Both the position numbers and the translations under genes were made by a program. Below, in pieces: positions 1 through 8,993 of a stretch of 24,805 bases of DNA (position 1 is the stretch's first letter; each line of letters opens with the position of its first letter). The notes under the pieces are model-generated. The model did not search any database. It was not told where the DNA came from and worked only from the letters and a program-made list of their open reading frames with translations. The stretch lies in the NCBI GenBank assembly GCA_003556525.1, contig PWRH01000095.1, positions 1 through 24,805 on the forward strand, written 5' to 3'. The stretch comes from Candidatus Nealsonbacteria bacterium. Its GTDB lineage: Bacteria > Patescibacteriota > Minisyncoccia > Minisyncoccales > RBG-13-42-11.

Positions 1-1040
1 GAAGGAAAGTGAAAAATTCCGGCCAATTCCGCTGCTGATAAAACCATTGATTCGGAATTGTTAAAAATTCTAAAAGAAAAAAGATAAAAATTTTTTTTAA
101 GGCTTTTTGCCAAAAAATTTTTCCGAAAAACTATTTGATTGAAAAGAGGATGGCTAAACTGGTCAAAAGCGCTTTTTAAACCCAAGAGTATTTGCTCCGC
201 TTTTTCTTTTGTCGGAGCAGAAGCCAAAACCCGTAAATTAACGTCGAAGAGAGGCTGGGAAATTTTTTCAGAAATTGCATTAATTGTTTTTTGCTGGTTT
301 GGACTAATTTCGGTTGGCAATTGAGGTTCTTTTTCTTTTTTTAAAAGATCCGAGGGTTTGGCTGAATCCGGAGGTTTTTTTATTGATTTATAGATAGAGT
401 CAATCATTTTTCTACCTATTTTTTCAACAGGTTTTCTGGTCGGTCTGATTAAAATTTGTATGGCTGCACCTTCGTCTTCCTTAGCCAGCTTGGTAAGCAC
501 ACTGGTAATCGAAGACAAAGGGTCTGTTCCAAAATCCTGAAAAGTCTTTAAGGGTAGGGCTAATGATTTTTTAAGGCAAGCACTGGCAGCTACTGAAAAA
601 CCGGTCGGATTGAAAATATTATAATCGGAAGTTTGTTGAATTTGGGCTTTGGGCCAAAAGCCCAAAACCTCTTTCTCAACCATTGAAGCTATATTTCTGG
701 GGCAGGCAAAATAAAAATGAATCTGTTCTCCAACCCGATGAACCGCAATTTCAAAAACAATAGCCGGATTGCCAAAAAAAATCTTTTTTAAAGAATCACT
801 TTCTTTTATTCCTGCCAAAGAAGAATAAAATTGCTGGCTTGTTTTTAAAAACTCTTCCAGGGAAACTTGTTTGTCTTTTTCAATTCTTTGAGGCAGGGCA
901 ACTGAAAAAAGCACCAAATTCATGCTTCTGTTTAAAAATGTTTTTTCTTTTATTTTGAGAAAAAAAACGTAAAAAATTAAAAAAATAACCGCTAATGCTC
1001 CGGTTAAAATTATTGCCAAATAAATATTTGAAAGCTCCAT
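1..1040 (-). CDS. N-terminal part of a membrane-anchored VirD4/TraG/DUF87-like protein of the CPR type; runs off the left edge
   Basis: Not in the ORF track. Manual translation from ATG 1040 is open to base 1: MELSNIYLAIILTGALAVIFLIFYVFF (TM)...FEIAVH...EKEVLGFWPKAQI..DYNIFNP..DPLSSITSVLTKL..EGAAIQILIRP..LSAAELAGIFHFP. These motifs resemble the N-terminal region of CPR coupling-protein-like ATPases as I recall them. The P-loop is outside the window. Confidence 0.7.
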   Translation of the reverse strand, partial: MELSNIYLAIILTGALAVIFLIFYVFFLKIKEKTFLNRSMNLVLFSVALPQRIEKDKQVSLEEFLKTSQQFYSSLAGIKESDSLKKIFFGNPAIVFEIAVHRVGEQIHFYFACPRNIASMVEKEVLGFWPKAQIQQTSDYNIFNPTGFSVAASACLKKSLALPLKTFQDFGTDPLSSITSVLTKLAKEDEGAAIQILIRPTRKPVEKIGRKMIDSIYKSIKKPPDSAKPSDLLKKEKEPQLPTEISPNQQKTINAISEKISQPLFDVNLRVLASAPTKEKAEQILLGLKSAFDQFSHPLFNQIVFRKNFLAKSLKKNFYLFSFRIFNNSESMVLSAAELAGIFHFP

Positions 1041-1047
1041 AATGTTT

Positions 1048-1470
1048 TTATTTCGGTTTTATAATGCCTTTTTTTACCAAGCTGTCGTAATGCTGGTCGA
1101 TTAAAATATCGTGAAATTCATCCAAAATAGCCGGGTTATTCAAACCCTTGGCAATTGTAATCGCCTTTTCAATTCCTTTTTCAAAAGCCAAAGAAACCAA
1201 AACACCTACTTGCTGGCTGGCAGGAAACCTTTTAATTTCTTTTACTTCATCGCGAGTTGCCAAAGGAGAGGCAGTACTTGAAATTTTTTGAAGCTCCTTT
1301 AAGTAGCCTTTGATTTCTTGCCTGGCTATTTTTTCCTGCTGTTCCGGAGCTGCCGGCAAGCGCTCTTTTAGGCGTGATTCGAGCTCTTCAACCCTTTTTT
1401 GCAAAGCCTCAACCTCTGTTCCGGGCTCGGAGGACGATATTTTTTCCGGTTGAATATTTTTTTCTTCCAT
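1048..1470 (-). CDS. Conserved hypothetical protein (acidic/coiled-coil N-terminus, helical C-terminus)
   Basis: 140-aa ORF ending 7 bp before the VirD4-like start. C-terminal LVSLAFEKGIEKAI...NPAILDEFHDIL looks like a CPR-type conserved block. Confidence 0.75.
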   Translation of the reverse strand: MEEKNIQPEKISSSEPGTEVEALQKRVEELESRLKERLPAAPEQQEKIARQEIKGYLKELQKISSTASPLATRDEVKEIKRFPASQQVGVLVSLAFEKGIEKAITIAKGLNNPAILDEFHDILIDQHYDSLVKKGIIKPK

Positions 1471-1476
1471 TTTTTA

Positions 1477-1505
1477 AGAATATCACAATTTAAGGCTTAA
1501 AACAA
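1477..1505 (-). promoter_or_regulatory. Putative sigma70 promoter with leaderless geometry
   Basis: Minus strand TTGTTT-N17-TATTCT with an extended TG, 6 nt before ATG 1470. Confidence 0.45.
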
Positions 1506-2519
1506 AGCACATATTTTAACTATAAAAACAACGTAGAGCAGAAAATACATTGCTCCTTCCCAGAGATGAATTCTACGCGAAATTCCCGAAATAATGAAAA
1601 GAAGTGTTGCTACGACCAAAAAGGGTAAACCGATTAAAAAAGTGTTGTTGTCTATTGATAAAGGTTTTATTAAGGCAGGCAGGCCCGCTACCAGCAAAAT
1701 ATTAAAAACATTCGAGCCGAAAATATTTCCCAGGGCAACTTCATATTTTTTCTTTAAAGCGGATCTTACGGAAACTATTAATTCGGGTAAAGAGGTTCCA
1801 AAAGCTATAGCAGTAATGGCAATTAGAGCGGAAGGTATGTTTAATATTTCGGAAATCTCCAAAACCGATTCAACCGTATAGTTTGCTCCGAGAGCCAGCC
1901 CGATTACACCCAAAACCAACAAAACAATAACTTTAAAGTTTAATTCGGACTCGGGCTTTTTCAGCCCTTTTTTTCTTCTTCTTTCAACTCTTGAGGGTAA
2001 AATCTTAAATTCCACACCGTCGGGCAAAACTTCCGTCAATTCAGGAGTAAGAATTTCGTCTCTCCTTTGAAAAACAACATACAAAAGATAAATTAAAAAA
2101 GCGCTTAAAAGTAAAATCCCCTCGCTAAAGACAATTACTCCGTCCCAAGCAACAAAAATAAACAAAGCAGTGGCTGCAGCCAAAAGAGGTGCGTCAAGGT
2201 CAATTAAGCTTTTTCTGATAACTAAAACCCGGGCAGCCAAAGCGGATAGGCCGACAATTAAAAAAATATTGGTAATATTGGAGCCGACTATATTTGCCGC
2301 AACAATCTGATTGGCACTTTCAGTGCCTTTTAGGACAGCAACAAGAGCTGAAGCCAATTCCGGAAAAGACGTGCCAACAGAAACAATGGTCACGCCAATA
2401 ATAAAAGGAGATATCTTTAGGGCCAGACCGACTTTTTCCGAGCTTTCAACAAACCAGTCAGCTGATTTTATGGTTAAAGATAAACTGATAATAAAAACTA
2501 TAATCCAAAAAAACAACAT
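1497..2519 (-). CDS. Calcium/sodium antiporter (CaCA family, YrbG-like)
   Basis: Two alpha-repeats GTSFPEL and GTSLPEL, GSNITN/GSNVFN motifs, about 10 hydrophobic segments. Confidence 0.92.
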   Translation of the reverse strand: MLFFWIIVFIISLSLTIKSADWFVESSEKVGLALKISPFIIGVTIVSVGTSFPELASALVAVLKGTESANQIVAANIVGSNITNIFLIVGLSALAARVLVIRKSLIDLDAPLLAAATALFIFVAWDGVIVFSEGILLLSAFLIYLLYVVFQRRDEILTPELTEVLPDGVEFKILPSRVERRRKKGLKKPESELNFKVIVLLVLGVIGLALGANYTVESVLEISEILNIPSALIAITAIAFGTSLPELIVSVRSALKKKYEVALGNIFGSNVFNILLVAGLPALIKPLSIDNNTFLIGLPFLVVATLLFIISGISRRIHLWEGAMYFLLYVVFIVKICALF

Positions 2520-2528
2520 AAAAACTCT

Positions 2529-5411
2529 TTAAGAGCCGGCTAATTCAATTGATAAAATTATTTTTTTTCCGGCTATTTCCGTTTCTTTTTTCGCCTTAAA
2601 ATTATTTTTTTCCGGCTTATCGTTTAAGGACAGTTTTTTAATTTTAGCCTCCTTGGTTATAAAGCCTTCTTTTTCAAGTAAAATTTTATTTAACTCATTG
2701 TCGCTAAAATAGCTGACAAAAATCTCGTCTTCAGGCCTTAAGCCAGCTCTTTTTCTCATTTCTTGTATCTGCCTTACAGTTTCTCTGGCAATTCCCTCTT
2801 TTTTAAGTTCCAATGTAATTCTGGTGTCCAGCTTGGTTTTTTTTCCAAAACCGATTTCTTTAACATTTACCTCTTCTTTAATTAATTCCAAAAGTTCTTT
2901 TTCTTTTTGAAGCTCTCTTGGAACAATTGTCAATTTTTTTAAAGGCTGTCTTATTTTAATTCCATATTTAACTCTTTGTGCCAAAGCCAAAGCAACAACC
3001 TCTCTTGTTTTTTTCATTTTGCTTTCAAGGTTTTTATTAATAAGTTTTGATTTCTGTTCCGGGTAAGAACAAAGATGAATTGATTCGAAAGACTCAAAGC
3101 CGAGCGAACGATAAACATGCTCGCTGATAAAGGGCATAAACGGAGCTATTGTTTTTGATAAAATAGCTAAACTGAGATAAAGGGTTTGGCAAGCATCTTC
3201 TTTTTCTCCGCTACTTGCCGGATTTTGAAATCTCTTTCTGGATCTTCTGATATACCAATTGGAAAGATCATCTATTAATTCAGCAATGGGTCTGGCAGCC
3301 TTGGTAAGGTCAAATCTGTCCATCCAAAAAGCAACTTCTTTATTGGCTGAATAAACCCTTGAAATAATCCACTTATCAAGTTTGGACTTGGGTTTAAAGC
3401 CTTTTTTGGGTTTAAATTTTTTATCTTTGTAAGTATTAAAAAAAGAATAACTGTGCCAAAAAGTTGAAACAATGTTTCTATAAACCGACTCCACCCCTTT
3501 GGCTGAAAAAAGATAATCTTCGCCTATCGGGGTTGAATAAAGAAGAAAATACCTTAAAGAATCTGCTCCGTATTTTTCAAAAACTTCGCTTGTTTCAGGA
3601 TAATTTTTTAATTTTTTACTTAGTTTTTTGCCTTCCGAATCCAAGACCAAGCCGTTGACAATGCTGTTTTTAAAAGCAGGCTTGTTTTTTCCAAGACCTA
3701 TGTCTTTTAGAGTTAATGCCGAGGCAAGTACATGAAGAGTATAAAACCAGCCCCTGGTTTGGTCCAGTCCTTCGGCAATAAAATCCGCCGGAAATGTTTT
3801 TTCAACCAGTTTTTTATTTTCAAAAGGATAGTGCCATTGGGCATAAGGCATTGAACCGGACTCAAACCAACAATCAAAAACCTCTTCTATTCTTTTCATT
3901 TTTGATTTGCATTTATTGCAACTAAAAGTAATTTTGTCTATAAAAGGCCTGTGCAAATCTTTAACTTTTTTTCCGCTTAATTTTTCCAGCTCTTTAATCG
4001 AGCTTACAACTTTAATATTTTGACATAACTCGGGTTTTGAGCAGAGCCAAATCGGTATTGGAGCACCCCAAAAACGATTCCTGGAAAAAGCCCAGTCTTT
4101 TGCACCCTTAAGCCATTTGCCGAAACGTCCTTGTTTTATATGTCCGGGAACCCAACGTATTTTTTTATTATTTTCAATTAAGTTCTTTTTAATTTTTGAA
4201 ACGGATATATACCATGTTTCAAGTGCATAATAAAGCAAAGGTGCATCGCATCTCCAGCAAAAAGGATAAGAGTGGGTAATGGTTTCTTTTTTATATAAAA
4301 GACCTCTTTTATCAAGATTATTTGTAATTTCATCTTCTGTTTCTTTAACAAGCCTGCCCTGCCAGTCAGACACCTCTTGTTTAAACCTGCCTGATTGGTC
4401 AACGGTATGAAAAGCCGGCAAGTTATATTTTTTACCCAAATTAAAGTCATCTTGACCATACATAACCGCAGTATGAACAATGCCCGTCCCCTCATTAGTC
4501 AAGACAAAAGAAGCAGGCAAGACCCTAAAAGCGTTTTCAATTCTTTCTACCTTGCTTAAATAATCAAACAAAGGTCTGTATTTTAAACCGCTCAACTCTT
4601 TTCCTTTAAACTGCTTAATTTTTTTGTATTTTGAATTTATAATTGAAAGCCTCTCTTTTGCCAAAATAAATCTTTGCCTACTTTCGTCTTCAATTAAAAA
4701 ATAGTCGGTTTTGGGATTAACAGCCAAAGCAACATTGCCGGGAAGAGTCCAGGGTGTGGTTGTCCAAGCCAAAAAATAAGTATTGTCAAACCCGGAGCTT
4801 TCAATTTTGAATTTAATATAAATTGAATCGGTTTTAACGTCTTTATATCCCTGATTAACTTCAAAATTTGAAATCGGCGTACCGCATCTGAAACAATACG
4901 GACTGACTCTATAGTCTTTGGCAATTAATCCTTGCTCCCATAATCTGGTAAAAACCCACCAAACAGACTCAATATAATTATTGTCCAGAGTTGAATAAGA
5001 ATTACTGTAATCTGCCCAACGGCCGACTCTTTTTAGAGTGACTTCAAAATCATTAACACATCTGAAAACAGAACTCCGGCAAAGACTGTTAAACTTTTCA
5101 ACACCAAACTGTTCTATTTCTTTTTTGGTTTTTATTTTTAATTCTTTTTCTATTAAGTTTTCGATCGGCAACCCATGGCAGTCCCAACCCACCCTTCTCG
5201 GAACATGGTACCCTTTCATTGTCCAATAACGCAAAACAGTGTCTTTAATTGTTGTTGCTAAAATATGGCCGTAATGAGGCTTGCCTGTGGCAAAAGGAGG
5301 CCCGTCGTAAAAACTAAAAAACGGTCTGTTTTTTCTAACCGACTTTTCAAATATTTTATTTTCATCCCAAAATTTCAATATTTTTTTCTCTATTTCCGAA
5401 AAATTATCCAT
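2529..5411 (-). CDS. ileS: Isoleucine--tRNA ligase, type 2 (archaeal/eukaryote-like)
   Basis: YDGPPFATGKPHYGH (HIGH), GWDCHGLP, WTTTPWTLP, SRNRFWGAP, FIAEGLDQTRGWF, KLSKK (KMSKS variant), C-terminal EGIARETVRQIQEMRK typical of IleRS2. Confidence 0.96.
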   Translation of the reverse strand: MDNFSEIEKKILKFWDENKIFEKSVRKNRPFFSFYDGPPFATGKPHYGHILATTIKDTVLRYWTMKGYHVPRRVGWDCHGLPIENLIEKELKIKTKKEIEQFGVEKFNSLCRSSVFRCVNDFEVTLKRVGRWADYSNSYSTLDNNYIESVWWVFTRLWEQGLIAKDYRVSPYCFRCGTPISNFEVNQGYKDVKTDSIYIKFKIESSGFDNTYFLAWTTTPWTLPGNVALAVNPKTDYFLIEDESRQRFILAKERLSIINSKYKKIKQFKGKELSGLKYRPLFDYLSKVERIENAFRVLPASFVLTNEGTGIVHTAVMYGQDDFNLGKKYNLPAFHTVDQSGRFKQEVSDWQGRLVKETEDEITNNLDKRGLLYKKETITHSYPFCWRCDAPLLYYALETWYISVSKIKKNLIENNKKIRWVPGHIKQGRFGKWLKGAKDWAFSRNRFWGAPIPIWLCSKPELCQNIKVVSSIKELEKLSGKKVKDLHRPFIDKITFSCNKCKSKMKRIEEVFDCWFESGSMPYAQWHYPFENKKLVEKTFPADFIAEGLDQTRGWFYTLHVLASALTLKDIGLGKNKPAFKNSIVNGLVLDSEGKKLSKKLKNYPETSEVFEKYGADSLRYFLLYSTPIGEDYLFSAKGVESVYRNIVSTFWHSYSFFNTYKDKKFKPKKGFKPKSKLDKWIISRVYSANKEVAFWMDRFDLTKAARPIAELIDDLSNWYIRRSRKRFQNPASSGEKEDACQTLYLSLAILSKTIAPFMPFISEHVYRSLGFESFESIHLCSYPEQKSKLINKNLESKMKKTREVVALALAQRVKYGIKIRQPLKKLTIVPRELQKEKELLELIKEEVNVKEIGFGKKTKLDTRITLELKKEGIARETVRQIQEMRKRAGLRPEDEIFVSYFSDNELNKILLEKEGFITKEAKIKKLSLNDKPEKNNFKAKKETEIAGKKIILSIELAGS

Positions 5412-5412
5412 T

Positions 5413-5997
5413 TTAATTAAGGGCTCTTAACTCTCCTGTTTTAGGAATTCCTGTTTCTTTTTTAATTTTAAGCAATTCTTCCAATGACAAATTTTTTATT
5501 GCACCTTCTAAAAGCCATAACGGGTCGCCATGGCTGACAATTAAAATGTTTTTTCCTTTAAACTTTTTATCGATTTCTTTTAAAAAGCCAACCATTCTTT
5601 GCCGGCAATCAAGCCAGTTTTCTCCCTTAGCCGGAGCATGGCTGAATCTTTTCATCGAAAACTTGGGAAATTCTTTATAAAAATCTTTTTTAGATCTTCC
5701 GTGATAAGTTCCAAAACTAAGATCTCTTAGCCGTTTGTCAAAAATAATTTTTGTTTTTGTTTTTTCATTGACAATTTTGGCGCTTTGCTTTGTTCTCCAA
5801 AAATCAGAAGCGAAAATTAGATCTATTTTTTCTTTTTCAAGTTTTTGAGCAGCTTTTTTAATTTGATTTTTTCCTTTTAAGGTAAGTTCAACAGGCGGCT
5901 TTTTCGAAAAACAAGGATAAACAACGTCTCTTTTTAGAGCGGTCTGATAAATAGTTTGGCCGTGCCTTAAAATAAAATACTTATTTCTTAATTTCAT
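5413..5997 (-). CDS. Histidine phosphatase (phosphoglycerate mutase-like) family protein
   Basis: LRHGQT, IFASDFWRTKQSA, LIVSHGDP motifs. Confidence 0.92.
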   Translation of the reverse strand: MKLRNKYFILRHGQTIYQTALKRDVVYPCFSKKPPVELTLKGKNQIKKAAQKLEKEKIDLIFASDFWRTKQSAKIVNEKTKTKIIFDKRLRDLSFGTYHGRSKKDFYKEFPKFSMKRFSHAPAKGENWLDCRQRMVGFLKEIDKKFKGKNILIVSHGDPLWLLEGAIKNLSLEELLKIKKETGIPKTGELRALN

Positions 5998-6003
5998 GAA
6001 TTA

Positions 6004-6032
6004 AAAATACCATTTTTAGTTGCCTTAATCAA
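6004..6032 (-). promoter_or_regulatory. Putative promoter for the phosphatase-ileS-antiporter unit, leaderless geometry
   Basis: TTGATT-N17-TATTTT with an extended TG, 6 nt before ATG 5997. Confidence 0.5.
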
Positions 6033-7604
6033 TCACATTTTTTCCGGAGAAGAAATACCCATTAAGTCAAACGAATTCTTGAGAACTGTTTTTGTTGCCA
6101 AGGCAAGATTAATTCTGGCATTTCTTAGTCCTTGGTCTCTTGTTAGCACTTGGCAAGAAGAATAAAAGCGATGAAAATCAGCTGCCAGGTCAATTGAATA
6201 TTGGGGTAATTTTTGAACCTGGTAGTCTTTGCCAATATCCTCTATAACTTCGGGGAATCCAATCAATTGCCTGATTACCCTTAATTCACTTGAGTGACTC
6301 AACAGCTTATAATCAATTTGTTGTTTTTTATTTTTTGCTGTCGATAAATTTTTCTCATCCTTTGTTTTTCTTAAAATACTCGAAATCCTGGCATAGGCAT
6401 ATTGAAGATAATAAACAGGATTTTTTTCCGACTGCTCTTTGGCCAGCCTCAAGTCAAAATTCAAATGGGTTTCCGGACTTTTTGTCAAAAAGAAAAATCT
6501 GGCTACGTCCAGCCCAACCTCATCAATCAGCTTGTCTATGGTAAAATACTTTCCCGCTCTTTTAGACATTCTTATCTCTTTATTACCCTCAAAAAGACGA
6601 ACCAGCTGCATAACAATAATAGCTATTTTTTCGCTATCAAGGCCGAATGACCGGCCTGCTGATTCAATCCTTTTAACATAACCATGATGGTCTGCTCCCC
6701 AAAAATAAATTAATTTGTCAAAGCCACGGTTAATTTTATTTTTTAAGTAAGCAATATCCGAAGCCAAATAAGTAAACTGGCCGTTGCTTTTAACCAAAAC
6801 CCTGTCTTTATCATCGCCAAAAAAAGAAGACTTAAACCATAGGGCATTGTCTTTTCTATAAGCCAATTTTTTTCTTAAAAGAGAGTTCAGGGCTTTTTCC
6901 ACCTCATTTTTTTTATACAATTCTTTTTCCGAAGACCAAACATCAAAATTTATCCCCATTTTTTTGACTGTAGGCTTTATCATTTTTTTTAAAACGTATT
7001 TTGACGCTTGTTCACCCGCCTTTTCAGGGTCTTTTTCTTTTATTTCATTTCTTAATTGATAAATATAGTCTCCCTTATAAACAGCGTTTGAGTCTCCGAT
7101 AACCGAATGACCGAGCTTTTTAATCTGCTCGCCAACATCATTAATATAATATTCTCTTGTTACCCGGCAACCTGATTTCTCCAAAATATTTGCCAAAACA
7201 TCTCCGCAAAAACCTCCCCTGCCGTTTCCCAAAGTTAACGGACCGGTCGGATTTGCGGAAATAAACTCAACATTAACTTTATCTTTCAATAAAGAGTTTT
7301 TTCCAAAATCTTTTCCCTGTTTTAAAATTTCATGAATTTGGTTTTGAAAATATTCTTTTGAAATAAAAAAATTAATAAATCCCGGATGAGCCACTTCAAT
7401 CTTTTCAAAAATATCCTTGTCTGATTTTTTTATTTTTTCAACCAACAAATTTGCGGTTTCAATTGGATTTTTTTTAAAGTTTTTGGCAAAAACCATGGCA
7501 AGGTTGGTTGAATAATCACCATACTCGGTATTGTTTTGCCTTTCAACCTTAGCTTCAATTCCGGTTAATTCTTTAATTGTTTTTTTGATTTTTTGCCTAA
7601 TCAT
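6033..7604 (-). CDS. argS: Arginine--tRNA ligase
   Basis: YGDYSTN, VEFISANPTGPLTLGNGRG (HIGH variant), WGADHHGY, RMSKRAG, NPVYYLQYAYARI, C-terminal PEKM. Confidence 0.96.
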   Translation of the reverse strand: MIRQKIKKTIKELTGIEAKVERQNNTEYGDYSTNLAMVFAKNFKKNPIETANLLVEKIKKSDKDIFEKIEVAHPGFINFFISKEYFQNQIHEILKQGKDFGKNSLLKDKVNVEFISANPTGPLTLGNGRGGFCGDVLANILEKSGCRVTREYYINDVGEQIKKLGHSVIGDSNAVYKGDYIYQLRNEIKEKDPEKAGEQASKYVLKKMIKPTVKKMGINFDVWSSEKELYKKNEVEKALNSLLRKKLAYRKDNALWFKSSFFGDDKDRVLVKSNGQFTYLASDIAYLKNKINRGFDKLIYFWGADHHGYVKRIESAGRSFGLDSEKIAIIVMQLVRLFEGNKEIRMSKRAGKYFTIDKLIDEVGLDVARFFFLTKSPETHLNFDLRLAKEQSEKNPVYYLQYAYARISSILRKTKDEKNLSTAKNKKQQIDYKLLSHSSELRVIRQLIGFPEVIEDIGKDYQVQKLPQYSIDLAADFHRFYSSCQVLTRDQGLRNARINLALATKTVLKNSFDLMGISSPEKM

Positions 7605-7628
7605 ATATTTTCAGTTTATCTTAGTTTT

Positions 7629-7637
7629 TGCTAAAAT
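7629..7637 (+). promoter_or_regulatory. Extended -10 element upstream of smpB
   Basis: TG-C-TAAAAT, 8 nt before ATG 7646. Confidence 0.45.
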
Positions 7638-7645
7638 AAAAGAGT

Positions 7646-8095
7646 ATGAAAATATTGGCGGAAAATAAAAAAGCAAACTACAAATATTCAATTTTGGAAA
7701 AATTTGAAGCCGGCATTGTCTTAAAGGGGCAGGAGGTTAAATCAATAAAAACCAAGGGGGTAAATTTGACAGGGTCTTATGTTGCTCTTAAAAATCAGGA
7801 GGTTTTTTGGCTGGGCTCAAAAATTCCGGCCTATCAGCCGAAAAATGCACCTCAAAATTACCAACCGGAAAGGCCGAGAAAACTGCTTTTAAAAAAAAAT
7901 GAAATCAAACAGCTGATCGGAAAAACAAAAGAAAAAGGCTTGACTTTGGTGCCTTTAATGGTGTATATTAAAAAAAATAAAATAAAACTAAAGTTTGCCA
8001 CGGCAAAAGGCAAAAAAAAGTTTGATAAAAGAGAATCAATCAAAAAAAGAGAGATTGAAAGAAGTATTAAAAAAGAGTTGAAAGTAAGGGGATGA
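7646..8095 (+). CDS. smpB: SsrA-binding protein
   Basis: ENKKA..Y...EAGIVLKGQEVKSIK, RPRKLLLKK, GKKKFDKRESIK; adjacent to tmRNA. Confidence 0.97.
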   Translation: MKILAENKKANYKYSILEKFEAGIVLKGQEVKSIKTKGVNLTGSYVALKNQEVFWLGSKIPAYQPKNAPQNYQPERPRKLLLKKNEIKQLIGKTKEKGLTLVPLMVYIKKNKIKLKFATAKGKKKFDKRESIKKREIERSIKKELKVRG

Positions 8096-8435
8096 AAAGA
8101 TTCGATGGAGCATTGATTAAAATAAGCAGGCCAAGTTTTTTGGAGCTTGTAAAAACCAATAAAAAAATAAGTGCAAACTTATTCAAACAAGAACCCGCTT
8201 TAGCTTACGCTTAAAGCGGCATCTGATTTGCTGATTCTCGCTAGGCAAAACCCAGGTGTAATATTTAGCGGGACGAAATAACTGCTTTCCGGTTCAAAGG
8301 CGTTATTGGAAAAAATTGGACCAAAAATAAAGAAATTTTTCCTGTTTCAATTCTTTATTTTTAAAAAAACAGGATAAGCTTGTAGAATTATTTTAAAAAA
8401 TGTTTCAGACGCGGGTTCAAATCCCGCCATCTCCA
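8088..8435 (+). ncRNA. ssrA: Transfer-messenger RNA
   Basis: 5' GGGGATG (8088-8094) pairs with CATCTCC (8428-8434) including the G3.U Ala determinant, discriminator A8435. T-arm GCGGG-TTCAAAT-CCCGC. Internal tag frame preceded by ATAAGT. Confidence 0.96.
8173..8214 (+). other. tmRNA tag reading frame, (A)ANLFKQEPALAYA*
   Basis: GCA resume codon at 8173 and TAA at 8212-8214. The stop lies in the CCGCTTTA...TAAAGCGG hairpin. Confidence 0.85.
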
Positions 8436-8461
8436 CATTTAATTAATAATTTTTAAAAAAC

Positions 8462-8974
8462 TTGATAAAAAAACTACTTATAAACAACCAAATAAAAGCC
8501 GGGAAATTAAGAGTGATTGATGAAGATGGAAATCAAATCGGAATAATCACACTACAAGAGGCTCTTAAAATTGCCAATGAACGCAATTTAGACTTAATTC
8601 AAATTACGGAAAAGGCCGATCCTCCGGTTTGTAAAATAGGCAATTACGGAAAATACCTTTATAAAGAAAAAAAGAAAGAAAAAGAGGCCCATAAGCATAA
8701 AACCAAAGAAATAAAGGGAATCAGGCTCACTTTTAACATTTCCCAGCATGATTTGGAGACAAAGGCCAAACAGTCTGAAAAATTTTTAAAAAAGGGTAAT
8801 AAAATAAGAATAGAATTGCCGTTAAGGGGAAGAGAGAAGGCGCTTCAAGATTTTGCCAAAGAAAAAATAGAAAAATTTATTCAAATTTTAAAAGAAAACA
8901 CTTCAATTAAAATAGAGCGCGAACTGAAAAAAGAACCGAGAGGCTTTACCGTAATAATCAGCAAAGAAGAATAA
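8462..8974 (+). CDS. infC: Translation initiation factor IF-3
   Basis: INNQI...LRVIDEDG, LDLIQI...PPVCKI..YGKYLY, KEIKGIRL, HDLETK, LRGRE. Start is TTG (or the next codon ATA); there is no ATG in frame. Confidence 0.96.
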   Translation: MIKKLLINNQIKAGKLRVIDEDGNQIGIITLQEALKIANERNLDLIQITEKADPPVCKIGNYGKYLYKEKKKEKEAHKHKTKEIKGIRLTFNISQHDLETKAKQSEKFLKKGNKIRIELPLRGREKALQDFAKEKIEKFIQILKENTSIKIERELKKEPRGFTVIISKEE

Positions 8975-8993
8975 TAAAAAATCCGAAAATAAA

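Noticed and set aside
2529-5411. Mupirocin hyper-resistant IleRS2 variant
   Set aside because: The signature is the ordinary HYGH order, not a swapped GxHH form.
5997-7646. T-box leaders upstream of ileS or argS
   Set aside because: Intergenic gaps are 1-41 bp, far too short, and there is no T-box consensus.
8428-8461. Integrated element at the ssrA 3' end
   Set aside because: No integrase and no duplicated att sequence seen; infC follows directly.
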